Assembly (NCBI GenBank): GCA_964632485.1
Contig: CAZWDO010000010.1
Coordinates: forward strand, 1-64,000
Source: an uncultured bacterium
Lineage (GTDB): Bacteria; JAGOEH01
Reading direction: 5' to 3'
Length of the DNA: 64,000 nucleotides
Part shown: positions 39,941-49,256 of the stretch, piece after piece
Numbering within the stretch: position 1 is the first letter of the stretch
Layout: each line of letters starts with the position of its first letter
Notes under the pieces: model-generated
Told to the model about the DNA's origin: nothing
The model's input: the letters and a program-made list of their open reading frames with translations, nothing else
Database searches by the model: none
Translations under genes and position numbers: made by a program

Positions 39941-41654
39941 ATATTTACTCCAGGAATTGTCCTCGCCTGATTGGCAGGAACGATCGCATAGCGTCGCAAA
40001 ATATATTGCAGAAAGTGATCCGGCATTTAATGATTTTTTGATTGCGCATATTCATGATCGTAATACCAATCTGCGCAATGCGGTCAAAACACTTCTCATT
40101 CACCGTAGAAACAGCGCGATTCTTTTTGATTCGTTAAAGAACCATGACGAGCATGTTCGTATTGCTGCTGTCAACGCTTTGGGCCAGATTGCAGACCCCA
40201 TCTCGATACCTCCTTTGATGGAGTTGTATCATTCCGAGACAGCCATCAATGTGCGGTTATCGCTTTATGAAGCGTTCCAGCACCTGAAATCCTACGATAT
40301 ACAGGTTGAGCTGATACAGAAATTTTCAGATATGAACCCAATGGAAAAGCAATCTGCTATTTACGTATTCCGGGATACAGGGCTGGTTTCCTCTGAATTA
40401 CTGGCGCTGTTACATCGTCATATATTCAGAAGCGAGCTGCGAATTCCCATTCTTGAAGCATTGGAAAGACTCGGGAATAAAGATTCGTTGAAATATGTTG
40501 CTCATCATCTAAACCCGGAGTTTTCTCTTCAATTTCTCGCATCAGCACGTGCCATCGTCGCGATTGTTCAGCGATATACTGCTTCCCGGGAAGTGGCAAT
40601 CCAGTCGTTAAGCGAGCTCAAGGCTGTACAAAAAGATCATATCTGTCGTACTCTTGTCGATTTTGTCGCTAAAAACAAGAAGGATTTTTCCACAGCAATT
40701 GGATTGTTGTCTATGTTGGATGGCAATCTGATCTTTCCCTATCTATTTGAATTGATCCCTTATGCCCGTCAGGAGGTGATCAACGCTTTGCTGCCGATTG
40801 CTCAGGTACATGCTGAAAGATTGCTGCCCTATGCCATCAATCATGAAGCCGAAGCCCGCGCGGTTTGTGGTTTTGCAATACTGGCTGCTGCCCCATTGGA
40901 ATCTGCTCGGGAACTGATTCGTCTGCTGCCACTTGAACATGATCGTGAGGCTATGCGGATGAAGGTATTGGCATTGTATCAACGCCAGTCTGATGTTCTG
41001 AACATGGAGTTTCTTAGTGTAGCCATGAATCTTCTTCAAATCAGCGAGTTCAAACCTTTGTGGCATGATTTTGAGGCAATTCTCTTGAAAATTGAAGAAT
41101 CGAATCTGCAATCATGGTTGAAAAATTTGCTCGTATCCTATTCTGAATTGTCAGTCTTCGCTTTGGAATTGTTGACTAAAAAAAACATTACAATTCCTTT
41201 TGACTGGATTCAATCCTATTTGACAGACAGTAAGACCGAATTGCGGCGATTGGCTGTCCTTTGTTTATCAAAGATTAGACCATCCTGCAGTCCTGATCTT
41301 TTAAACAAGATTGCTATCGATAGTAATGATGAAATACGGAAAGCCTTATCGCAGGTTTTAAAAGAAGATCGGGAATCAGGAAGTCTGGTAGTACTGGAAA
41401 AATTGATGGTTGATACAGTTCATACAGTGCGTATCGAGGCAATCCTTTCATTGGCTGAGCGTGGTGTGGATCGGTTTGCAGAAGATTGGCTCAGGCAAAT
41501 TCAAATTCCGCCTGACGAGTATAGTCATAAATTAATTCGTGCTTTGTTGAAAATAAAGAATCCATCGATTTGCTCTTCCCTGGAACTGATTGCCCAACAG
41601 ATAGAAACGACTGATCCAATGGCTGCAGAAACCATCCGTGAATCTCTATCCTGA
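39927..41654 (+). CDS. HEAT/PBS-lyase repeat protein
   Basis: DEHVRIAAVNALGQI, ELRRLAVLCLSKI, TVRIEAILSLA; overlaps the MCP stop. Confidence 0.85.
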   Translation: MESIEYLLQELSSPDWQERSHSVAKYIAESDPAFNDFLIAHIHDRNTNLRNAVKTLLIHRRNSAILFDSLKNHDEHVRIAAVNALGQIADPISIPPLMELYHSETAINVRLSLYEAFQHLKSYDIQVELIQKFSDMNPMEKQSAIYVFRDTGLVSSELLALLHRHIFRSELRIPILEALERLGNKDSLKYVAHHLNPEFSLQFLASARAIVAIVQRYTASREVAIQSLSELKAVQKDHICRTLVDFVAKNKKDFSTAIGLLSMLDGNLIFPYLFELIPYARQEVINALLPIAQVHAERLLPYAINHEAEARAVCGFAILAAAPLESARELIRLLPLEHDREAMRMKVLALYQRQSDVLNMEFLSVAMNLLQISEFKPLWHDFEAILLKIEESNLQSWLKNLLVSYSELSVFALELLTKKNITIPFDWIQSYLTDSKTELRRLAVLCLSKIRPSCSPDLLNKIAIDSNDEIRKALSQVLKEDRESGSLVVLEKLMVDTVHTVRIEAILSLAERGVDRFAEDWLRQIQIPPDEYSHKLIRALLKIKNPSICSSLELIAQQIETTDPMAAETIRESLS

Positions 41655-41674
41655 TTTAGAAAGTACAGAATATT

Positions 41675-42508
41675 TTGACCGAACATCAATTTGAACTTTT
41701 TAGCAGTCTTGTGAAACGCCGTTTGGGGTTGCAATTTCCCAGCTCTTCTTATTTGACTTCTTTATTAAATTTTCGGTCTGCAAGTCTCATATCGGAATTG
41801 GATGCTCATTTCGATTCCATTATGATGGATCTCAAACTCTATCCATTGACATCAGATGTCTGGCAATCGTTCATCCAGGCGTTGTGCAACCCGGAAACCT
41901 ACTTTTTCAGAGAAATGGCACAGATTAAGAGACTGGCAGAACTACTCATTAAGGAAAGAAAACGACGTCTGCGTATCTGGTCAGTTCCATCGTCCGGAGG
42001 CGAAGAACTCTTTTCGATCATAATGGTGCTTGATGCGATTGGTATCACTGAAATTGATGGATTTGGGTCCGAAATTCGTCTGGACCTGGTTGGTAAGGCA
42101 AAGCGGGGAAGCTATGACAACCAGTCATTCTTCGATCCGCCGCCCAGCGAATATCATCGGTATTTTTCCGGCGAGAATCTTGCCGCAATCAGTCGTGTTA
42201 GCTTTAAAACACAAACTGTAAGCATTGCGCCATCGCTCATATCTCGGATTCAATTCCAATTTGGTAATATTCTTGATCCAATCACATACCCATGGGGGAA
42301 TTTTGATGTAATTTTCTGCCGTAATTTGCTGATCTATTTCGAGTCGGATGCGAACCGTCGTATCATAGCAGCTCTTTGGGATAAGTTATCTCCCGGAGGT
42401 TATTTGTGCCTTGGCAACAGCGATTTCATCTATGAATTCTTTTCCATCATGGACAACCTGGAGGATACCATCGGCCACAACATCTATCGCAAGCGCAACG
42501 GATCATGA
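41675..42508 (+). CDS. cheR: Chemotaxis methyltransferase CheR
   Basis: NPETYFFRE, RIWSVPSSGGEE, FDVIFCRNLLIYF, LSPGGYL. Confidence 0.92.
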   Translation: MTEHQFELFSSLVKRRLGLQFPSSSYLTSLLNFRSASLISELDAHFDSIMMDLKLYPLTSDVWQSFIQALCNPETYFFREMAQIKRLAELLIKERKRRLRIWSVPSSGGEELFSIIMVLDAIGITEIDGFGSEIRLDLVGKAKRGSYDNQSFFDPPPSEYHRYFSGENLAAISRVSFKTQTVSIAPSLISRIQFQFGNILDPITYPWGNFDVIFCRNLLIYFESDANRRIIAALWDKLSPGGYLCLGNSDFIYEFFSIMDNLEDTIGHNIYRKRNGS

Positions 42509-43089
42509 CGAAACGCCGCATCGAATGCGTGGTCATCGGCTCGTCAGCCGGCGGCGATTCGGCGCTCTATGCCATCCTGCCGGATCTGCCCGCCGATCTG
42601 TCGGTTCCGATTATCATCGCCCAGCATAATCTGGACAATACGCTTTTTGCCCGGCTGTTGCGCTCCAAAACAAGTTTCCCCGTCGAGATGGCCGCGGAGG
42701 GGCGCATTGTGGAAGTGGGATGCCCGCATGTCTATGTCGTGGGCTCGGATTGCCGCACGCGGTTGTCCGGCCGCCCGGGCAGCCAAGTGATCTTTGTCAC
42801 CGACCCGGTTCCCGACAAAAAAATGGTGTTGCCCAATATCGACGAAGTCATGCGTTCCGCCGCCGCGTCGTTTGGGCCAGCATTGCTGGGAGTCGTGCTG
42901 ACCGGCATGGAAGATGATGGCGCTCAGGGGATAAGGGCTATTCATTTTGCCGTCGGGTTGACGATGGTGCAGGATCCAGCAGATGCGGAATTCAAGGGCA
43001 TGCCCAGCGCTGCCCTGCGGACCGGAGTGATTGATTTTGTGGTTCCCCTTTCGCGTATCGCTGCAACAATCAACCGACTGACAATTTAG
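42505..43089 (+). CDS. cheB: CheB methylesterase lacking a receiver domain
   Basis: GSSAGG (Ser), AQH (His), LTGMEDDGAQG (Asp), GMP; ATGA coupling to cheR. Confidence 0.92.
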   Translation: MTKRRIECVVIGSSAGGDSALYAILPDLPADLSVPIIIAQHNLDNTLFARLLRSKTSFPVEMAAEGRIVEVGCPHVYVVGSDCRTRLSGRPGSQVIFVTDPVPDKKMVLPNIDEVMRSAAASFGPALLGVVLTGMEDDGAQGIRAIHFAVGLTMVQDPADAEFKGMPSAALRTGVIDFVVPLSRIAATINRLTI

Positions 43090-43142
43090 TTCATTAATGT
43101 CTATAAATAGCAAGTTTATACAAAAAAAAAGGAGTCCGAATT

Positions 43143-44249
43143 ATGGCGCATACCACAGGAAACCGCCGCAGTGAAACCAAAAAAAATCAAACCATTCATT
43201 ATACTCCAATCCAGATTAAAATTCTAAGAGAACGCTGGAATACTGATTTAGGTAAACAACGATGTCAGGAAATCAGTTCACTTCTGCAAGAGGGGAAGAA
43301 TAATTTTAAAAATGTAGTTGCTTTCCCTGAGAATCCGCTTCTGGCAGATGTGGCGGTTCCCCCGGAAAAAGATTTGCGCGGTATTTCCCTTAACAGCGTC
43401 ATTAAAGAAAAAACGCTATTGCAGGGATTTCATTTCTCCGGCGCCCAATTGGGGTGTACAATAAATAGTGTCATGTTTCTCCGTTCCCATTTCGAATATA
43501 CGGAATTCAGCGGCAGTAAGATTGAAAACAGTATTTTCAAAGGCGCCTTTTTTTATCGGACTGATTTCTATAATGTCAGCTATATCCAGAATCTCGATAT
43601 TACCAATGCGTTTGTCGATGATATCGAAATCTGCAACAAAGCTCAATTCAGCAAATTTATCCCCAGTTTCAACGATCTTTCGTATTTCGAAAAACAGTAC
43701 ACGCTCTATGCGCTGATCAAGCAACAATACAAACTGATGGGACGCTGGGACGATATGATTCCGTTTCATATCCTGGAAATGCGGGGCCGACGGGATGATC
43801 GCTATCGAGTGGCGGCTAAGCCAAAAAAAGAAACGGTTCTGGACCCCGAAACCGGAAAGAAAAAGACAGAAACGAAACCCAATTTGGATCCCGGAACAGG
43901 AAAAGAAAAAAAAGTCCGCAGAATACAATGGTATCTGGATTTGATTTTTTTTGACCTGCTGTGCGGATATGGCGAAAAATGGCAGAATGTGATCGCCTCC
44001 GCGTTTATGGTTATAATGGTCTATTCCTTCTTGTATTCTCTGGCGCCAATGCTGACGCCGGACGGACAAACGACGGCCTATTTCAATTATTTTTATTTCA
44101 GTTGCGTCACTTTTTCCAACTTGGGGTCGCCCGATATTCTGCCTTCCAATCTCGCCCAACGGTTTTTAATGTTTACCGAATCGTTATTTGGGCTTTTTCT
44201 GGTCACGATGATTATCGTGATTTTTACGCGTAAAATTATCCGGGAATGA
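43143..44249 (+). CDS. Pentapeptide-repeat protein fused to a two-TM channel (Ion_trans_2-like) domain
   Basis: DLRGISL/FSGAQ/FKGAFF pentapeptide-like units; CGYGEKW; YFSCVTFSNLGSPDILP pore-like loop. Confidence 0.8.
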   Translation: MAHTTGNRRSETKKNQTIHYTPIQIKILRERWNTDLGKQRCQEISSLLQEGKNNFKNVVAFPENPLLADVAVPPEKDLRGISLNSVIKEKTLLQGFHFSGAQLGCTINSVMFLRSHFEYTEFSGSKIENSIFKGAFFYRTDFYNVSYIQNLDITNAFVDDIEICNKAQFSKFIPSFNDLSYFEKQYTLYALIKQQYKLMGRWDDMIPFHILEMRGRRDDRYRVAAKPKKETVLDPETGKKKTETKPNLDPGTGKEKKVRRIQWYLDLIFFDLLCGYGEKWQNVIASAFMVIMVYSFLYSLAPMLTPDGQTTAYFNYFYFSCVTFSNLGSPDILPSNLAQRFLMFTESLFGLFLVTMIIVIFTRKIIRE

Positions 44250-44425
44250 TCCTTTATCCAACCCGTTATAAATTATGACTGTGAGTCAACTTTGTTTTTA
44301 CGATTGTTTGTTATTTTTGTGAATTATATTACTTTTTTATGTCATCACTTGTTCAAACTGTGCCAATAATATTCTTTTTAGGTGTGTCTATACTGACTAC
44401 CCGTAGTAAGGCGAAAGGAGTGAGT

Positions 44426-45754
44426 GTGTCCAAAACTAAAGGGATGGCGGATTATCGCTATCGGCTGATCAAGCGGTTTTACGCTTTCTGGCAAAAATAC
44501 CAACTGAAGACTGAATTGAAAAACATTTTGCGGCTCTTCTACCTGTTTATCATCACCTGGCTGGTCGGCTCGGTCATCACCATTTTCAGTCAGGTATTTT
44601 TTTCACCGGATATTCATCACACACTTCCTGATTATTTGCAATATTTTTGGATTGTCATCATCGAACTGGTCAGTGGATTCGATATCGGCGACATCCATCT
44701 CAATGCCTTCAGCCAGGTGATCACGGTCATCATGTTAATTGTCGGTATTGTCATCGTGGGTCTGTTCACGGGCCAGATTATTTCCCTTTTTGTTCACGTA
44801 CATCAGCGTAAGGACTACTTGCCGGAAAAACCGGAAACGTTCCATTTCAAGCGACCTTTGTTGATTTGTGGCATTAGCGCCAAAGTCGATGCCATTATTC
44901 ATCATTTGCGCAGCAATCCACAAACCCGGGACCAGGAAATCGTGATCATTGACGAAACGGCTGATCAGTACCTGATCCGGGATCAAGAAATTTATCGTGA
45001 TGTCTGGTGCGTGCGCGGCAATGTCGCGGATCGCAAAGTGCTACGTACGACTCTGGGGTGTGAGGAAAGCGTGGCAATCATTTTAGCCCAGGAATGCGAT
45101 CCCGGGAATATTTCCCTCTATAGCGATTCCAAGGCGATTCAGACCGCGTTGGCCATTGAAGCCTTCGATGAGAATGTGCATACGATTTTAGAGTTGATCG
45201 ACCGCCGGAATCTGGCGCATTTGATGCGCACCCGTATCAATGAATTCATCACGGTTTCCGATTATGGTGTGAAATTACTTTCGCAAACCGCTATGCAGCC
45301 GGGATTATCGAACATTTACGATTCCTTGATCGATCCCATGAATTCTGATGCTCAATCCCCCCATATTTATTTCTATCCGTTGCCAACTGATTCGCCGTTG
45401 ATTGGTATGAAATATGGCGACATTGTCAATCAGGCGCATCGGTTTTTTTCAGATTCAATGACACTTGTCGGCATGGCGAAATGGTTCGGCCCAATCCTCA
45501 ATACAGGAGATGTCGATCGTAACGAGCAAATACTCCAGGAATTGAGATCCCTGGGGATTGAACTTCGCAATACAAAATGGTATGTGCAGATCAACCCCCA
45601 CAAAAAAGCAAATTATTGTAAATTCGGGATCGATTTTTTTCAACAGCAAATTGAAGCCAATTCAGAAATCACTCTTTTTTTGACTCATGATACTGTCTTG
45701 CAAGAATATGACAAGCTTGTCTATTTGGCATCCAACCCAATAAAATTATCTTAA
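44426..45754 (+). CDS. Two-TM ion channel with RCK (TrkA-N-like) domain and non-canonical pore
   Basis: TM1, ELVSGFDIGD loop, TM2 (IVGIVIVGLFTG), LLICG...VRGN...SDSKAIQTALAIE; GTG start after AGGAG. Confidence 0.8.
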   Translation: MSKTKGMADYRYRLIKRFYAFWQKYQLKTELKNILRLFYLFIITWLVGSVITIFSQVFFSPDIHHTLPDYLQYFWIVIIELVSGFDIGDIHLNAFSQVITVIMLIVGIVIVGLFTGQIISLFVHVHQRKDYLPEKPETFHFKRPLLICGISAKVDAIIHHLRSNPQTRDQEIVIIDETADQYLIRDQEIYRDVWCVRGNVADRKVLRTTLGCEESVAIILAQECDPGNISLYSDSKAIQTALAIEAFDENVHTILELIDRRNLAHLMRTRINEFITVSDYGVKLLSQTAMQPGLSNIYDSLIDPMNSDAQSPHIYFYPLPTDSPLIGMKYGDIVNQAHRFFSDSMTLVGMAKWFGPILNTGDVDRNEQILQELRSLGIELRNTKWYVQINPHKKANYCKFGIDFFQQQIEANSEITLFLTHDTVLQEYDKLVYLASNPIKLS

Positions 45755-45769
45755 ATGGAGGTGGAATCT

Positions 45770-46618
45770 ATGACAAACCCAGCAAAACAACGCGGTGATT
45801 ACGGCATCGAAAATCATTATGTGATCTGCAATTGGACGCCCAAAGCGGATGTCATCGTGCGTCAGCTTCACAATGAAAGCGTTCACGACAAGAAGCCAAT
45901 CATCGTAATTACACGCAATCCTGAACAGGTTCCCCAGACGACGGATAAAGAGTATCGGGGATTGCTGATGATCTGCGGCGACCCGGCCGATCGCGAAATT
46001 CTCCAACGCGCCGATGTCCGTCATGCTCAAACGGTGATCGTGCTGGCCGACGAAACGGATCTGGCCAATGCCGATGCCAAATCAATCCTGATCGCCCTGG
46101 CGGTCGATTCGATCAACCCCAATGCCCATGTGGTGGTGGAACTGGTCAAATCGCAAAACAAAATGTACTTCGAATATACCCACGTCAACGAGATCGTCTG
46201 CCTGGAACAGTTGGCGGAAAAGCTGCTTTCGCAAACCGCCCTGACTCCGGGCCTCTCCCAGGTCTATATGGACCTGCTCACCCAATCCGCCGACACCAAC
46301 GAAATCTATCAGGAAGTGGTCCCCTCCCAGTTCGTGGGCAAACCCTATATTGAACTCGAACAGGCAATCAATGCCAATCATGACCTGGATGTGATCATCA
46401 TCGGTTTTGCCACCCGGGTTCAAAAAATGAAAGGGAATATCGCCATGACCAATGGCGGCGGCAAAGCCATCATGGAACAAAAAATCGTGATCAATCCGCC
46501 CAAGGACAGCGTCGATTCTCCCTATACCAAAAGCTATAAGCTCAACGAGGAGGATACGGTTTTTCTGATTGCCTACGAAAAACCCGAATTGTCCCAATAC
46601 TTTAATGTCAGGAATTGA
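45770..46618 (+). CDS. Soluble RCK/TrkA-N-like gating protein
   Basis: NHYVICNW, ICGDPADREILQRADV, ADAKSILIAL, TPGLSQVY; no TM; GGAGG SD. Confidence 0.85.
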   Translation: MTNPAKQRGDYGIENHYVICNWTPKADVIVRQLHNESVHDKKPIIVITRNPEQVPQTTDKEYRGLLMICGDPADREILQRADVRHAQTVIVLADETDLANADAKSILIALAVDSINPNAHVVVELVKSQNKMYFEYTHVNEIVCLEQLAEKLLSQTALTPGLSQVYMDLLTQSADTNEIYQEVVPSQFVGKPYIELEQAINANHDLDVIIIGFATRVQKMKGNIAMTNGGGKAIMEQKIVINPPKDSVDSPYTKSYKLNEEDTVFLIAYEKPELSQYFNVRN

Positions 46619-46643
46619 CAAGTTGACGCCGCAACGTTATAAA
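46615..46643 (+). promoter_or_regulatory. Putative internal sigma-70 promoter
   Basis: TTGACA-17 bp-TATAAA, overlapping the RCK gene stop. Confidence 0.5.
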
Positions 46644-46688
46644 TGTCTTGGGAATTAATCAAATGCTTACATGGAAAGGTATTTTAAA

Positions 46689-47582
46689 ATGCGAAATTTA
46701 GCTATATTTTTTATTATCGGCATGTTGCTGCTTGGCTGCGGGGGAGAGCCTCAACCCGCGTCTCAACCCTCTGTCCAAACGGCGCAGGATAGCGCCAATT
46801 CACAGGATCAAGCCGCCGCTGAGGAAAACTATGAAGAAGGCTATGATGAAAACCATGTCGTGGATTCCGCGCAGTATATCGCCGAGCATGAATATTTCGA
46901 TAAAGACAGCAGGCGGAATCAATTCTTTATTGCCTTTACCTATGGCGATGGCTTTATTGGGATTCATAAATTTCATTTGAATCAGCCAGTGGCTCTGTTG
47001 ATGGACAAGGCAATAATGGGTACGTCCGCAAGCTATGAAGCGAAAATTTATGACTATACTGAAGAACTGCACACCAAATTGAAATACAACAATGTGCCGG
47101 CGGATCAGCCGCAACGCTTTTTCCCGGGGTTGCTCTACCCGGAAATTGGTTCTTATGGGCAGATCCCTGTGGAATCGGAGTCAAATCCGATGATGATCGA
47201 CTCGTTGATCGATCGCGTGAAAAACTCGCCCCTCATGGACTCGCTGCGCAATAAAGTGCAAAATGGTGATGCGTTGGTCATGGATGAAAACAGCATTTTT
47301 CGCATTGTGTTCAGGGAACAAGCGTATCACCTGATTATAATGGGTAAAGTAATTTATGATGATTATGCCGGGCCCATGGTTTTGGTTCGCGATAATCGTG
47401 TGTTCCCCCTGATTGAGATCGAAGCCAACCGCACCATAAGAGCCTTTGAGCTCAATGGCGAACTCTATTGCCTGACGTTGAGCAGCACGACCGAGGGCGA
47501 TAACGACTGGCAATATGGAATTTTCAGGCTCAGCGGGGATGGCGTGGGCCGTGTTCATGAAGAATCGTATTGCAGTGATTGA
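46689..47582 (+). CDS. Lipoprotein, unknown function (alternative start 46671)
   Basis: Lipobox LLGC followed by a Q/E-rich linker. Confidence 0.75.
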   Translation: MRNLAIFFIIGMLLLGCGGEPQPASQPSVQTAQDSANSQDQAAAEENYEEGYDENHVVDSAQYIAEHEYFDKDSRRNQFFIAFTYGDGFIGIHKFHLNQPVALLMDKAIMGTSASYEAKIYDYTEELHTKLKYNNVPADQPQRFFPGLLYPEIGSYGQIPVESESNPMMIDSLIDRVKNSPLMDSLRNKVQNGDALVMDENSIFRIVFREQAYHLIIMGKVIYDDYAGPMVLVRDNRVFPLIEIEANRTIRAFELNGELYCLTLSSTTEGDNDWQYGIFRLSGDGVGRVHEESYCSD

Positions 47583-47613
47583 TTGAAAAAATAGCGGATT
47601 ATGAGGTAAAAAA

Positions 47614-48783
47614 ATGAGCAAAGCGCAACGAATTCACGATTTTTTTGAAAAACCGTCCTGTATTTGGGCCTATCTGGTTCAGGGATTGATTTTTCTGCTG
47701 ATTTTCATATCCGTGGGCATGGTCTATATCGAGATGGCCCAGGTTGAATTGTATCAGCGTTACGCGGGATGGTTTCAGTATGGCGAGTATATTGTTTTGG
47801 CGGTGTTTACCATCGAATATCTTTTGCGGATCCTGTCGGCGCCCCAAAAGCTGAAATTCGCCATCAAGCCATTGAATATCATCGATTTGCTGGCGATTGT
47901 ACCGACTTATCTCGAATTTTTCATCGGCATCGCCTTCAATACCTCGGGAATCCGGATCATTCGCGTGATTCGCCTGTTGCGCCTGAGCCGGGGATTGCGA
48001 ATCTTCAAGATTTTCAAATATGGTATGTTTTTTTGCCAGGTGTTCCGTTTTAAAGGTACGATTTTGCAGGCCATCATGCCGGTTATCGGTATGCTGACCG
48101 TGATGAAAGGCGCAATCCTTTTTCTCGAATCGCGCCATTGGTGGTTTCAGGATCCCGGTTTGGGCGAACTGTTCGCCATTATCGGCTTTGCCCTGGGTAT
48201 TATTCTGTCGCAGAAAATTGCGAGTACCTACGATAAATTTTTGCAAGTAGAGGAAAAGATCATTGGTCTCTACGGCACACTGAAATCACTCTCCTTAATT
48301 TTGGAAAAGGCTCGGCCGGGGCAGGGATACCGAACCTGCACCGATTGGGCCCGGGCATTTTTGGATAGTCTCTTGGATTCAAAAGGGGGAAATCGCAAGA
48401 TCGAAGCGGCAAACGAGCAATTGTTCCATATAATCGCAGAAGTGGAAGACGCCCCGGCGGAACTGGCCATTTTGCATGGCGATATCTGCCGCGATTCTTT
48501 TTTTGCACTGAGCAAGAAAACACGTCTCACTCCCAAACCTTACGATAATCTATTGCAACAGGCTACGGTCCTTTACCTTTTTCTGATCGCCATTTTTGTT
48601 CCCGGGTTCTCTGGGATGATTTCTACTATTGTGGCGACCTATATCCTTTATGGCATGTACAATTTGACTCAAGACCTGGATACGATCATCGGCGGCGAAT
48701 TCGATCTGATCAGCATCGATATTTCCGAAATGCGGGAATTCGCCAATTCCATGCTTGAACCGACCGTTCATCATACGTATTGA
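47614..48783 (+). CDS. Voltage-sensor (S1-S4) domain fused to a bestrophin-like C-terminal domain
   Basis: FTIEYLLR, NIIDLLAIVP, S4 RIIRVIRLLRLSRGLRIFKIFK; no GYG pore; C-half resembles bestrophin motifs. Confidence 0.7.
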   Translation: MSKAQRIHDFFEKPSCIWAYLVQGLIFLLIFISVGMVYIEMAQVELYQRYAGWFQYGEYIVLAVFTIEYLLRILSAPQKLKFAIKPLNIIDLLAIVPTYLEFFIGIAFNTSGIRIIRVIRLLRLSRGLRIFKIFKYGMFFCQVFRFKGTILQAIMPVIGMLTVMKGAILFLESRHWWFQDPGLGELFAIIGFALGIILSQKIASTYDKFLQVEEKIIGLYGTLKSLSLILEKARPGQGYRTCTDWARAFLDSLLDSKGGNRKIEAANEQLFHIIAEVEDAPAELAILHGDICRDSFFALSKKTRLTPKPYDNLLQQATVLYLFLIAIFVPGFSGMISTIVATYILYGMYNLTQDLDTIIGGEFDLISIDISEMREFANSMLEPTVHHTY

Positions 48784-48845
48784 GTTTGCGCAGCAATTAA
48801 CATTTGTTTAATCCGCATCCCGATGCGCCATAAAACTTTACCATC

Positions 48846-48910
48846 GCCCCCTTGGGGGAGAGGGCAGAGTGAGGGGATTCTCATGTATTCCGGGTCAAGC
48901 CCGGAATGAC
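48846..48910. repeat. REP-like palindromic elements
   Basis: CCCCCTTGGGGGAGAGGG..GTGAGGGG and ATTCCGGG-TCAAG-CCCGGAAT(GAC) inverted repeat. Confidence 0.5.
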
Positions 48911-49256
48911 GATGGGATGTCGGAAAGATTTGCAATATTAGAAAAAAATGACGGCATGAAAACTGCTGTTATTCAGATAAGTGGATCTCGCCAGGATGGT
49001 CATTAAAAGGGAGCAGGTCTCTTTAAAAAGAAGAAATGCGAGATGCGATCCCTTCTTTGCGGAACCGCTTCCCGCCGGATGCAGGTTTTAAAATATACCC
49101 GGCTAATTGAATGTTTGGTTAATATTGTATTGATTATTTGAAGGAGGTAACATCTATGTTTGAATTGCGATGGCTAAAAGTAACCTCGCGGATGTCTATG
49201 TAATAATTGCCTATTCGCTGCTCAACGGCTAATCGGCGTGCAAAAAGGAGAATATA

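Noticed and set aside
43416-44159. Long antisense ORFs (also 47599-48246, 46082-46621, 42544-43113, 58996-59667)
   Set aside because: Lie opposite well-supported genes and carry no recognisable motifs
48950-49100. Riboswitch in the 48.8-49.2 kb intergenic region
   Set aside because: Some pairing potential, but no cobalamin, TPP, SAM or c-di-GMP consensus recognised; needs an Infernal/Rfam scan
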